Below, one piece after another: positions 40,212 through 53,925 of a stretch of DNA of 64,000 nucleotides. The stretch's first letter is position 1. Each line of letters begins with the position of its first letter. The notes beneath the pieces are model-generated. The model was not told the DNA's origin, searched no databases, and saw only the letters and a program-made list of their open reading frames with translations. Origin of the DNA: Octopus sinensis. Lineage: Eukaryota. A program made the translations under genes and the position numbers. The stretch spans positions 115,816,001-115,880,000 of the forward strand of contig NC_043003.1 in assembly GCF_006345805.1 (NCBI RefSeq), written 5' to 3'.

Positions 40212-40607
40212 AGTGTCTGCTACATTTTCGCCACTCAATGGCAGTCAACATCGGTACTTGTAACCGCGTTTGCATGGCTAATAATAGAAAAAAAAAATAA
40301 GAAACACCATGACACATTTAAGTACAACCATTAATGAACGGTTGTAATTGATAAGATGAGGAGGTTGTTAGTATTTGTTTTTTTTTTTCTCTTGTTCGCT
40401 TTGAAGGTGTTTTCTTTCTACTGCGGCCTTTTATGAAGGATTAAGATACATTTCAAAGTGCGAGGTCATTGCGGGGGACATAAAATCTTAATTGTTAGTT
40501 AAGATTATAGAAGAGACGAACAGAGAGGGAGAAGGACTGAGCGATTCGTAAGTAGCATATCGATTGATATTTCGGATGAGATTGATATAATTAGATGTGA
40601 TACTCCA

Positions 40608-40612
40608 TTGAC

Positions 40613-40692
<80 letters not shown>

Positions 40693-40705
40693 GGTGGTGG
40701 TGGTG
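40608..40705. repeat. (GTA)n(GTG)n microsatellite
   Basis: Read directly from the sequence. Confidence 0.95.
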
Positions 40706-40952
40706 TCAGTAACAGCCGTGACAGTCGTAGTTGCTGTTATTGATGTTATTGCTGTTGTTGTAGTCGAAGAGGCAGCTACTTTGGTGTGAAAACGAGATTG
40801 TTGGTTTTAGTGCCTGACGAGGTTCAGACGGTGCGTTTGAACGACCACATGTTGATGCTTGTAAATCATTTGCTGTACTAGACAACCCTGTTCTTCATGT
40901 TCGTGCAATCACCCATCATGTCCGTCTGTGTAAGTAATTCTAACTGAAGTGT

Positions 40953-40995
<43 letters not shown>

Positions 40996-41008
40996 TATAT
41001 ATATATAC

Positions 41009-41113
<105 letters not shown>

Positions 41114-41157
41114 CATGTATATATATATGTGTAAATATATATATATGTATGTATATA

Positions 41158-41240
<83 letters not shown>

Positions 41241-41264
41241 ATATATGCATTTTACCGTTTGCCT

Positions 41265-41460
41265 TTTATTGTTTCAGTCATTGACTGCGGCCATGTTGTG
41301 GCAGGGTCTTGAATGGTTTTAGTCGTACACATCGAACTGACGCCTTAATTTCTCTGGAGCCTACTACTTATTCTATCGTTCTATTTTGCCAAACCGCTGT
41401 TATAGGAACATAAACAGACGAACACCCGCTTTGAATCAGTGTTGAGGGGACAAACCATGT
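41265..41460 (-). mobile_element. Old diverged SINE family A 3' half
   Basis: TGTTTCAGTCATTGACTGCGGCCATG...TACTTATTCTATCG matches the family A tail. Confidence 0.65.
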
Positions 41461-41579
41461 GTGTATGATATATATATATATATATTCATTGAAAAATAAA
41501 ATGTTGCAATACAAATGTATTAGTTTCCAGTAGAATGAAGCACTGTAAAAGTAGAAGTATATATATAGATATAAATATA

Positions 41580-42280
41580 GAGTAGTCGTACAACAAGGCG
41601 CCAATGTTTACTGGAAATAGCAGTCGATACATTTACGACGCTATAGTAAAGCTTCACTGCATATATACTGGCAAATATATGTGAGGGCAACAAACAAGAA
41701 AAATTTTGTTTTACCTCTCGGAAAAGCATTAGATAAATGGACAACCCCGAATCGGATAATCCAGGTTTCGGACTCTTCAAATACGTTTGTCAACGTAAAA
41801 TTGATTAGTCTTCACCAGGTGGATTTACCTGGACAATATTTCAAATGTTGCTACATCAATGCCGGTATACTCGCATGAACGCCTTACCGTTAACAGACCG
41901 AGAACAGTGAAAAAATGCTTTATTTTACTGGAATATTTTATTTTTCATTGAAAACCTTTCACTGTTCTCGGTCTGTTATGGGTAAGCGTTCAGGCAAATA
42001 TATTGGCATTGATTTGAAATATTGTCCAGGTAAATCCACCTGATGAAGACTAATCAAATTTACGATGACAAACGTATTTAGAAGAGTACGAAACCTGGAT
42101 TATGCGATTCAGGGTTGTCCATTCATCTAATGTTCTTCCTAGAGTTAAGACAAAATTTTTCATGTTTATTGCATACACACGTCTTTGCCAATATATTCGC
42201 AGTTAAGCTTTACTAGAGCGTCATAAGTGTATCGACTGCTATTTCCAGTAAATATTTGTGCCTTGTTGTACCACTACTCT
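41580..42280. mobile_element. Diverged fold-back element with about 330-bp arms and a hammerhead in each arm
   Basis: 41581-41912 is an imperfect reverse complement of 41957-42279. Confidence 0.88.
42028..42128 (+). ncRNA. Type I hammerhead ribozyme motif (antisense copy at 41731-41830)
   Basis: Stem I AGGTAAATccAC / GTccATT(C/T)ATCT; CTGATGA; stem II GACT/AGT(A/C)C; GAAACCTGGATT..GATTCAGGGTT stem III; GUU triplet. Confidence 0.65.
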
Positions 42281-44285
42281 CTCTCTCTCTCTCTCTACAC
42301 ATATATATATATATATAATATATATATATATAATATATATATATATATATACGGCGGTTTCCGTCCACCACTCCCAGTCACAAGGCCTTAGTCGGCCCGA
42401 CGCTCTCGCAGCAGACACTTGTTCAAGATGCCAAATAGTGGTACGCAACCTGGAGTCATGTGGTTGGGAAGCAAACTTCTTACTCCATTGGTCATTGCAT
42501 ATTCTTCCTTATTTCAGTAAATTAAACTTACGGCTGTTTCCAGCCATCATTATAGGTTCGTTATTGATAGGTTTACTGAATCGATGAATTGATCGGTTGA
42601 AAAAAAATGAATGAATTAAAAGTTAATGCTACTTTGGTCAGAGTCATTTTTGTTAATTACAGAGCTGAAGACTAAAGGGAAGAATGAGTAAAAGATAAGT
42701 GGAAGGTAGATAAAGAGGAAATGGGAGAAGTGATAGTGTGGAAGAGAACATAGTAGTAGGAATAAAAAATAATCTACCATTAAATGGTAAGTACACAACG
42801 AAGACATTTTTTTCACAGCAGCAAAAAAATTCCACAGTTTATGGCGGCAGAAATTTCGCCCACCAAAATAATTCACTTAAAAGTGAACAATTTTGCCCAA
42901 ATATAGGCGGACCAGAGTCCAGAATCCAGTGAGGATTTCTTGTTTGTACAAAACATAATACATCGAACAACAAACATCCACTGGACCCCAAAAACAAAAG
43001 TGATACCTTACAGTTGAGCTTCTTTGTCAATCAATATTTCGCCAACTGTACACCAGCGTGGCGACTTCTGCAGTGTAAGAACAGCACTGATACAACCGGA
43101 AGCGGAAGCAAGCTTCTTGCCACACAGCCACGCTACACTCTCTCATATAGGGAGAAGGCTTGAAAATTAGGAGTGGGATGCTTGTGTATTACATCGAAAC
43201 CAGGGCACACCTAGTACTTAGTTTATCGATCCCGAAAAGATAGAAGTAAAACTCGACCTCTGTGGAATTTGAACTCATCTCTTGGAGACGAATAAAATAA
43301 CGCAAAGCATTCTGCTAAAGATTCTGTCAGCTCGACTTTATTCACACAAAAACACACACACGTGTGTGAATATATACGTCGTTTTTATTGATTGAGCATT
43401 TGCTTGATAAAATATATACCGACGAATTACTTTGGGCTTTATCATGAACGAAATGCCCTCGAAATTATTATACTAGTAAAGTTGTAAATTTATGTGTTGT
43501 CAAGAATAGAAAAAGGAAGCAAGTTTGTATGTATTTAAGTCTAGAGAGAGAGTGTGTGTGAGTGAGAGGGAAAATCAACCAAACGAGATGCAGAGAGAGG
43601 AATTGCTCACATTTCTACGAACCGTTATCGAACCTGGAATCAAGAAATTGTAAATTAGACTTCTTAAGATCTCATCCATCTGAGATCACTTCTTTTTTTT
43701 TTTTTTAAATATAATTTTACTTGCTACAGTTAATATCATTCATGTCATCCATCAAATGGACATCTTTAATTCATAGGCTTTCATGTAAAAAGAACATTTA
43801 GAATTGAACCAATCATGCATTTCAAGAACATAGTACTAAAGCAAGAAGCTGGTCAAATGTTTACCTGCTGTGTTATAGCAAAATATCAACGTGCATACGT
43901 AAAGCGCTCAGATCAGAAGCAAACCATCTCCTATGCTAGCATGAACACTTCAAAAACATCTGGTTTTTCGCTTTGCTGTATGCATTATGTATAGTGAGTA
44001 TTTTAGTTAGAGAAGTATTTTCCTTTGAATAAATGCGAGCTTACAAACATACAAAAGAGACCTAGGTGGCGCAATCGTGTGTTTTATTATTTTTATTATA
44101 TTATCACACTTTCTCTCGATATATCTCTGCATATATACATACGTTCGAGCGTACATGCACGTATACATACTTACATTGAAATAATAATCAATATACATAC
44201 ATTTATAATTGTGCGTGCGTGTTTGTGTGTGAGCGTGTGTTTGTGCGTGCGTACATGTGTGTGTGTGTGTGTATATATAATTATG

Positions 44286-44488
44286 TTGTCATTAATCGTG
44301 ATTGAAGGTGCCGGTTAGCTACTATATTGCTAGAAATGAGAGTTAAAAACTGCTTAGAACCGCGAGAAAACACATTTTCCGATCTTCGAATATGAAAATG
44401 AGCTTTCTTGCGTCTCTAGGAGTTTCTTAACTAATATTTCTTGCAATATATTTGCTACCTGGTTCCTTCAGTCACAGTTAGAGGCAAT
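44286..44488. repeat. Old fold-back hairpin with about 95-bp arms
   Basis: TTGTCATTAATCGTGATTGAAGG...CATTTTC vs GAAAATG...CCTTCAGTCACAGTTAGAGGCAA, visibly diverged. Confidence 0.7.
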
Positions 44489-44742
44489 TGAATTTGTCCT
44501 TCTATATATCGCGTTTAATATTGCCTCTCATATATACGTATAGTCCATAAAAGCATTTACATGTACAACGTTGACAGACGGAAATCGACTGCTACTGTAA
44601 CCGGAACTGCCAGATGACGTGATTTCCACCTGCTCGGGCTCGTCAGTAACAGAGATCCGGTAACTGCAAATCACCCGATTTTCCCTGTCAATGATATATA
44701 GCACTGATGTCACGGATAATTAATTTAGACAGACGCAGTATT

Positions 44743-45085
44743 GGATGGAAGCACTCCGTCGGTCACGACGATGAGGGTTCCGGTTGATCCGAATCAACGG
44801 AACAGCCTGCTCGTGAAATTAATGTGTATGTGGCTGAGCACTCCACAGACACGTGTACCCTTAACGTAGTTCTCGGGGATATTCAGCGTGACACAGAGAG
44901 TGACAAGGCCGGCGGCCCTTTGAAATACAGGTACAACAGAAACAGGAAGTAAGAGTGGGAGAAAGTTGTGGTGAAAGAGTACAGCAGGGATCACCACCAT
45001 CCCTGCCGGAGCCTCGTGGAGCTTTAGATCTTTTCGCTCAATAAACACTCACAACGCCCGGTCTGGGAATCGAATTGCGCCTCCA
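44743..45085 (-). mobile_element. SINE family C with an internal head deletion
   Basis: Reverse-complement match to 28660-29019; TSD CAGACGCAGTATT on both sides. Confidence 0.9.
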
Positions 45086-45637
45086 CAGACGCAGTATTAA
45101 TTACCTGCTGACTAAAGAATTATACCAACCACCATGTTGTTAGATTAGCTGCCCCCTGAGTTTTTATCCGTTTGTAGGGGGGATCCTGCACGATTCTAAA
45201 TCTCTCTCATTTTAATATTCACTGAGGCTTCTTACATAACTCTCTATTCTCAAATCTCCACTTGTGTCAAATTTCTAGTTTTTGTCTTTAGTAACCTGAT
45301 CATGTCACCGTTTTATTCTTTCTTTCTTTCTTTCTACCCATCTCTCTAAATATATCTCTATCTGTCTATCCACCTGTATCTCTTTCTGTAGGCTTCAAAC
45401 ATTTAAGCACTAAATGACCTACAATCTCATTATACATATCACATCGACCATACGGGAGTAACCTCAATCCTACATGTCCACAAGCCAAATCTTGGCATTT
45501 ATTGTAACAGGTTAATCATGTGCAGCTACTATGGCATTCTCGGATTATTTTCCGAAATTTCCTTTGACAATTCAATAAAGTATTTGGATAGATAGACAAA
45601 TATAACAAAATAATTTGATAAAAAATGTGAATTTTTA

Positions 45638-45737
45638 ATTATTTTCTGAGATTTTACGAAAACAACAAAATTATTCTGAGATTTTACAAAAGCAACAAAA
45701 ATATTATTTTCTGAGATTTAAAAAATACAACAAAAAT
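45638..45737 (+). repeat. Short tandem repeat, about 30 bp x 3
   Basis: TTATT(TT)CTGAGATTTTAC.AAA.CAACAAAA repeated. Confidence 0.75.
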
Positions 45738-46779
45738 ACGTTATTCCTAGTTTATCCGTTACCTACCAAAATAGGCCATCTAAGGTCTTGTAATTTTCAT
45801 CTTGATGCTCACCATATATTGTGTTTGTATCCGTTTATCATTTTTTATTCGTACTCCATTTCTACCCCTCATTCTAGATTCCTCTGAAAACCCTTCTTGC
45901 CAATATCAACACATTTCTCTACACCGATACGTCCTCTTCCAACGTTCGTGCTCGTTTTATATCAGCAAACCAATTTCCACCAAGATGAAGGGTGCCAAGG
46001 ACACTTAATAGTTCTTTAGACATACGATATAACTCCTGCGGTCACAGTGGCTGTAGAAGAGTTTGTTGCAGTTATTTTTTCGTTCTGCTGCTGTTACTGT
46101 TGATGGTCATGGCTAGCGTGTTGAAGATTTCGTTTGCAAACAAGAGCTTCCCCTCTGAAATCCTATCCATATTTACTGTCATTCATTCCGGTCGGGGAAC
46201 ACGAACATTCGGAAAACATCTTTAAAATTTTGTTTTAATTGAAAAAATTAATTAATTTTGCCCCATGGCCAATTAACAAATGGAAAACAATCAATCCTTG
46301 ACAGTAACTGGTTGACTAAAAATCAACAAAAATGACAACAACTCAAACAACCACTACCACAGCAACAGTGACGAAAACAAAGATGATGATGATGATGAGG
46401 AGGAGGAGGAGAGGGGATAATTACAAGAAGAAGATATTGAATAGTTACAATGGCCAGGAGTGATGCCATGTGGAATGTAAAAGACATGATATTTAACGAT
46501 AAGTGAACACAAGTTAAGCATTTATTCAAACAAATGTTCTGGGAACAAAGGAAAAAAAAAACGTGCTATAAACCATTCACTGATTCCATGAATTTGTAAT
46601 AGAAGCATAATAACGCACGAAATAAGTTACTCGCTCATTCGCAGAGCAAATACTCTGACTAACTGTGCAGCACTATATCAATCTGTAACTCTGCCTCAGT
46701 GTTCCAACCTTGCTCCATACTAATTTTAAGAGTTCTAGGACAAACAAGACATCCTCACTATATGTCTGTTTCGTACAAT

Positions 46780-47094
46780 GTTTGTTTGTTTGTTTGTTCC
46801 TTCTCGAGCCATGCCTGGCTCATAAGGGTCGGTTTCCCGGTTTCCTTGGCGTATAGGTTCCCCACCTGGACGGGACGCCAGTCCCTCACTGGTGAGCTGC
46901 AAGATGCAGGAGGAAAGAGTGAGAGAAAGGAGTGGCGAAAGAGTCAGCAGAAGTTCGCCATTACCTTTTGCCGGAGCCGCGTGCAGCTTAGGTGTTTTCG
47001 CTCATAAACACACACATCACCCGGTCTGAGATTCGAACCCACGATCCCTTGACCGCGAGCCTGCTGCTCTAACAACTAGGCCATGTGCCTCTAC
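46780..47094 (-). mobile_element. SINE family B
   Basis: Matches 21273-21580. Confidence 0.9.
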
Positions 47095-47298
47095 ATCGTA
47101 CAACGGTGTTCTGACTTCGGGTCACCTTCTGTTATTTCCTATTACACTATTCCTAAAACACTTTTCTACTCGTTAATCAGCAAAAGAAGATAACAGATCT
47201 CGCTCCACAATTGTATGATTATGAGACTCTAATCCGATTTGAACAGCAGAGAACGGTCAGTTTTAACACATCGTCCCACTTGACATTTTCTCACTACT

Positions 47299-47703
47299 AG
47301 GCGTAGGAGTGGCTGTGTGGTAAGTAGCTTGCTTACCAACCACATGCTTTCGGGTTTAGTCCCACTGCGTAGCACCTTGGGCAAGTGTCTTCTACTAGGC
47401 GGACGACCGAAGCCTTCTGTGTGGATTTGATGGACGGAAAGTGAAAGAAGCCCGTCGTATATATGTATATGTATATATATATGTGTGCGTGTTTGTGTGT
47501 CTGTGTTTGTCCCCCCAACATCGCTTGACAACCGATGTCGGTATGTTTACGTCCCCGTAACTTAGCTGTTTGGCAAAAGAGACTGATAGAATAAGTAGTA
47601 GGCTTACAAAGAATAAGTTCTTGAGTTGATTTGCTCGACTAAAGGCGGTGCTCCAGCATGGCCACAGTCAAATGACTGAAACAAGTAAAAGAGTAAAAGA
47701 GTA
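47299..47703 (+). mobile_element. SINE family A
   Basis: Canonical head and tail. Confidence 0.9.
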
Positions 47704-48524
47704 CTGTCCTGCGAAAAACATGCCAATGTCCTTTCGAGGAGATTGTATTGCCTCAGTATTTTCATGTTATCTGTTTGTATGCATCTCTCTGACTTCATCC
47801 GTTTGTTTCCTTTTGCCTTACCCACAATGGTTGGATATTTCCCAAGTAATTATCAACCATTGCTCCTTCGACTGGAAAGTATGAAGTGAAAGAATTGGCA
47901 TAAACGACTACTGAATTATTAAATAATATTCGCATAGTGAGGATTCAAGTCAAAACAGAATATGTAAATGAAATATTAATAATAAATGGCCATAAGCATA
48001 ATAATCAGTGATAGCAGAAACGATTCTATGAATTTATAAGACGTTCCAGTCACATTCGAAGGTAAATGCGTTCTCATTGCTGTCGTTGGTTGGCATCGGA
48101 GAACGGCTTCTCCTTTCAAATAAATGTGTGGCCATAACCCACTTTCATTTATTAGCATGAGGTGACTTTCTATGAGACACCCGGTCATTCGAAATCGTTG
48201 TCACTTGTCAGATAAAACAACTGTCACAATGTTCGCAGACAATGTTCTTAACGTTGTGTAGCTGGAAAGAATATGGCGGTGCAGTGGCATGAAGATTTTC
48301 ATCAGTGGCCGCATGGATAAAGGTTGAATTAGATCTCGATATCAGAAGTTACAAGAAATATATTTATTTAAATCACATTCGTTAATATATTACAAGGGTG
48401 GAAAAAAATATCAAAAATTCCTTTCAACACACACACACACACACACACACTCACACACACACTCACACACACATACCTACCTACCTACCTACCTACATAC
48501 ATATATACATACATGCATACATAC

Positions 48525-48555
<31 letters not shown>

Positions 48556-48572
48556 CATACATACGTACATAC

Positions 48573-48603
<31 letters not shown>

Positions 48604-48949
48604 CATACATACATACATACAGGATAATTTCAACCGTGTTTCGTGGTCTACTACAACAACAGCTCCTTTACAGGATCCAATTAGCTCAATACATCATCAA
48701 GAGGAACCACGTCCGGTTTCGGCCCCTACTCCTCTACCATTTTGACGTGGCGCCGCATCCCCACTTTCGGAGGTGTCTTCAGCTCTGGTGTTGGGTGCAT
48801 GTTTTCTTTCTTCTTTCTTCTGTTCCCTGGCCTCTTCGATGTAGCGTCAACGAGTGTCATACATACATATCGGGTCTCCTATACCAGTATGGAAGATACA
48901 ACCCACATCAGTAGCAGCTGTGCCCCCAAACAGTCTACGAGATATACTA

Positions 48950-49520
48950 ACTACCTGCGTCTGAAGTATAATATAGTTGCAGATACAATTTTTATTGCTC
49001 TCCACAGGAAGGACTACCTTGACTAATGCATCAAAATATGTCAGAACCAGCAGGTATTCACACCTTTAAAAGAAAAACTAGGAACACTGGTCGAAAAGGT
49101 CATTAAAACATCAACTCGGGACAAATATAACAGTCTTGATATTGTTTTATGGAACAAGGAACAAAAACCCATGCACTGTCGCAGAGGTTAGATACCCAAC
49201 GGATGTGAATATACAATCAAACATCCAGAAAAAAAAAGAGAACATATATATATAATGTATATCCTGCCCTGACTATAAATACTAATCTATACTTATAACC
49301 ATGGGTGGTTAAGGTCGTGTACCAACAAGCTTGCACGTAAGTTTTCACATGAAAAGAGCAAAAGAAACTGTTGTGGAGTCTCAAAATCCAATCTATTAAT
49401 GGCAAGGTAAATATTTGTAAGACATTCCAAAACTTCGGTAAGTGAGATTCTAATGTGAATAGATACTTAAGCATGGGCGTACGCATCGACATTTCAACCA
49501 ACATCTCAATTCAACAACAT
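48950..49520 (+). pseudogene. Highly decayed Penelope-like reverse transcriptase remnant
   Basis: Peptides in the expected order: ADTIFIALHRKDYLD (ADKG..DY motif), TNKLARK (TYKLAK-like), LSMGVRIDISTNISI (SFDV.SL.TNIP-like); stops and frameshifts. Confidence 0.5.
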
Positions 49521-49534
49521 ATTTATAAAGATTG

Positions 49535-49701
49535 GAGGCGCAGGAGTGGGTGTGTGGTAAGTAGCTTGCTAACCAACCACATGGTTCCGGGTTCAGTCCC
49601 ACTGTGTGGCACCTTGGGCAAGTGTCTTCCACTAAAGCCTCCGCCCGACCAAAGCCTTGTGAGTGGATTTAGTAGACGGAAACTGAAAGTAGCCCGTCGT
49701 A

Positions 49702-49785
<84 letters not shown>

Positions 49786-49884
49786 TGTGAGTGTGTGTGT
49801 GTGTGTCTGTGTGTATGTATGTTTGTGTGTGTTTTTGTGTCTGTCAAATGACCGAAACAAGCAAAAGAGTAAAAGAGTAAAGAG
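49535..49884 (+). mobile_element. SINE family A with an internal deletion
   Basis: Head and core, then TG repeat joined directly to the GTCAAATGAC..AAAGAGT tail. Confidence 0.88.
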
Positions 49885-50204
49885 TATCGGAAACTCTCTG
49901 GGAAGTCTCCTCACACAAAAAGTCAATAAGGACTTTAGTTACACTCAAAGAAAAATCATACTCCCGTCCATCCATATAATAAAATGGTTGTGCCCAGTGC
50001 ACAAATTTTGACCATTCCCTTTTCGGCTCCTATTTGGAATCACATTAAACCACACGAGTCCATGAAGTCTGAGACAGTGTAAAACATAATATAAAGAGAA
50101 CATCAATAATGAGAGAAAAGAACATGCTCTACGTCCTTGTTCCTTTTATTATATGTGTGTGTGCCTGTATATGCATGCAAGTATGTATGTATGTATGATT
50201 TTTT

Positions 50205-50511
50205 TGTTTGTTTGTTCCTTCTCGAGCCATGCCTGGCTCATAAGGGCCGGTATCCCGGTTTCCTTAGCGTATAGGTTCCCCACCTGGACGGGACGCCGGT
50301 CCGTCGCAAGTAAGCTGTAAGATGCAGGAGGAAAGAATGAGAGAAAGTTGTGACGAAAGAGTCAGCAGAAGTTTCGCCATTACCTTCTGCCGGAGCCGCG
50401 TGGATCTTAGGTGTTTCGCTCATAAACACACATATCACCCGGTCTGACATTCGAACCTGCGATACCTCGACCGCGAGTCCGCTGCTCTAACCACTAGGGC
50501 GTGTGCCTCCA
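50205..50511 (-). mobile_element. SINE family B
   Basis: Matches 21273-21580. Confidence 0.9.
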
Positions 50512-50682
50512 CTATATATGTATGTATGTATGTATGTATTATGTATGTATATACATGCATGGATGCATGTATGTATATATGTATAATTTATAAATTTCGA
50601 AAGAACGTGAAATGATTTTATTTTATAACAGCTGTATTTGCTTCAAGACCTACTGTTCCAAAAAATTATCCTTGTGCAAATG

Positions 50683-50761
<79 letters not shown>

Positions 50762-51954
50762 AAAGGTGCATACATCTGTGTTGAACTGTAACTAAATTTT
50801 TGCGATTTGTATATATTGTTCCGTCCCATTGCGCCATAAGAATATCCTCTGCCTTCAAAAGCGATCCTACGGAGAAACACACACAGTAAACCGCTTACAA
50901 CAGGATTTCACACAGTTCCTGAATAATTATTCACTCTCAGAAGGGATTGGTTGGAAGTGGGAGGCACTTCACCATTGACTAAGCAGAGGAACTGAACCAC
51001 AGAGCCGAGGAATGGTAATTGTGCTCCTTAAGTTTTCAAGCACGCCCATAGACACGCATACGTATGCACGAGTGTGAGGACAGACACACTCATACATACA
51101 CGCATGTGCGTATATATGTTCACATATCACAGCTATTGGCACAATTATGAATGGGTAAATACACTAAGTAACCGCATGTGCGCCTGACACAAGTCCTCTC
51201 CTATGTAATAAAGAAAACAATAGCCTCTGATATTATTCAAATATATCTACGTTGCAACCATCACTTGCCATAATCGCCAGAAGTAAGAATATCTACACTT
51301 TGTATGCTTCGATATAAAATCTGTGACATCGTTCGTATTATTACCTTTCAGGTTTCGCATCATCTTTTGATTATATTCATCATTTTAGAAATCTTAACGA
51401 TCGTATTGTCAGCAGACCTCCTTGAAATATATTAAGATGTATGTTTACACATCAATTATATCCCTCACACCAATTCAAATAAATCTTTCCAACGAATTGT
51501 CTTCGAGGGAACTGAAGATGTCAGGAATCTGAATGGCAATAACGATTGTGCGATGATGAAATCAAAGATAAACTTCGAATTTCCGAAACTTTCTTCGGAT
51601 ACGATATTTAAAATATTGTGAGGAGACACAAATTATGAAAAACTCAATCTCTATGAGACACGTTCTAGGTTGCTCATAGAAACTTATGCCCGTGGGTGGG
51701 GATTGTGTTTGTTTTCGCACAGTTTCCCCATATACGGATGCGCATGCGTATTAGCGTATCTTACGGCAAGATTCTGATATCCCTTAAACTTCAATTATGC
51801 TCCTTATCCTGCCCAATTAATTCTCTTAGGCTTCACTTTGGTTTCCCTACTCATCTCCCGTCATCCTAAGCCAAAACACGCCTCCTCTTTCCAAACATTT
51901 CCCTTCGACATCAGCGCTACCGTCACCACCAAAACTACCCATTCCCAGCACCAA

Positions 51955-51973
51955 CGACGTCATCGTCATCCCG

Positions 51974-52036
<63 letters not shown>

Positions 52037-52135
52037 GTCGTCGTCGTCGTCGTCGTCGTCATCGCCGTCGTCAACATCACCATCACCATCATCATAATCA
52101 TCATCATTTTCATCATCATCATCATCATCATCACT

Positions 52136-52172
<37 letters not shown>

Positions 52173-52416
52173 CTATCATCATCATCATCATCATCATCAC
52201 TATCATCATCATCATCATTTTCATCATCATCATCATCATCACCACCACTATGATAATCATCATCATCATCTTCATCATCATCATCGCCATCATCATCATC
52301 ATCATCACCATCACCATCACCATCATCACCATAATCATCATCATCATCACCACCACTATCATCATCATCATCATCACCATCATCACCATCATCATCATCA
52401 TCATCGTCACCACCAC

Positions 52417-52448
<32 letters not shown>

Positions 52449-52510
52449 CCATCGACCGTAAATAGATCAGGCGAGAAATCATCATCATCATCATCATCAT
52501 CATCAACATC
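51955..52510. repeat. (CAT)n microsatellite with CGT/CAC variants
   Basis: Read directly; source of the poly-His ORF. Confidence 0.95.
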
Positions 52511-52861
52511 AACCGCCGGTAATATTTGCTATTTATTACGAAACCATTTCCAGGATTCATTAATACCAAAACTCAAAGATTCTGAATCTGGCAGTCGGCA
52601 TTATGAATATTGGTGAAACTGTTGATGCAGTTGCTGCTGTTTTTGACAGTTTCATCAGCGAATGAATGGTCAGACTCCGAAGTGAAGGGCTCTTCGCATT
52701 CCTACTTATCTCATTCTTCACTTACCATTCCATTCCTTCGTCTGCGATTTACTCTCATTCCTCGCTATTCACCAATACAGAACCCAACAGTCGTATATTT
52801 GGTATATCTTTATCTCCGTATGTTACTATTCCGTCAGATATATCTATCGGTCTCTCAATCC

Positions 52862-53347
<486 letters not shown>

Positions 53348-53614
53348 GCTTTTCGGCCTATATGTATGGCAGATCATTTGTATTTGTTTAAATTTTTGTT
53401 TCTTTTCTGTCGCTTTTTCACTTTCTTTCTCAGACTGAATTCCTTTTTTCACTAAATAATCCTGTATATTTTTACATTATATAAATATTGTCCTTTATTT
53501 ATATTTTCTCTTCTATTAACCGTTTTCTTATTTGGCCAGTTCAATCTAATCTATCGATTTATCGGCTACATTACTGTCATTTTCTCTCTCTCCCTCTCTC
53601 ACTCTCTCCCTCGG

Positions 53615-53654
<40 letters not shown>

Positions 53655-53657
53655 CAA

Positions 53658-53726
<69 letters not shown>

Positions 53727-53816
53727 TATGTATGTATGTATATATATTGAATGGGGTGACTTTAGAAGTTTGCTTTGCCTTAACATTTGTCTTCCTTAAC
53801 AATTATATATATACCG

Positions 53817-53855
<39 letters not shown>

Positions 53856-53872
53856 GCTCACTCTCTATTTAT

Positions 53873-53925
<53 letters not shown>

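Noticed and set aside
47730-48420. Possible Tc1/mariner remnant (GLWPHIYLKG-like peptide); similar impression at 54400-54960
   Set aside because: No matching TIR pair or clear DDE motif found by eye.
51838-52569. Poly-His and poly-Met ORFs of 207-240 aa
   Set aside because: Translations of a (CAT)n microsatellite with no independent coding evidence.
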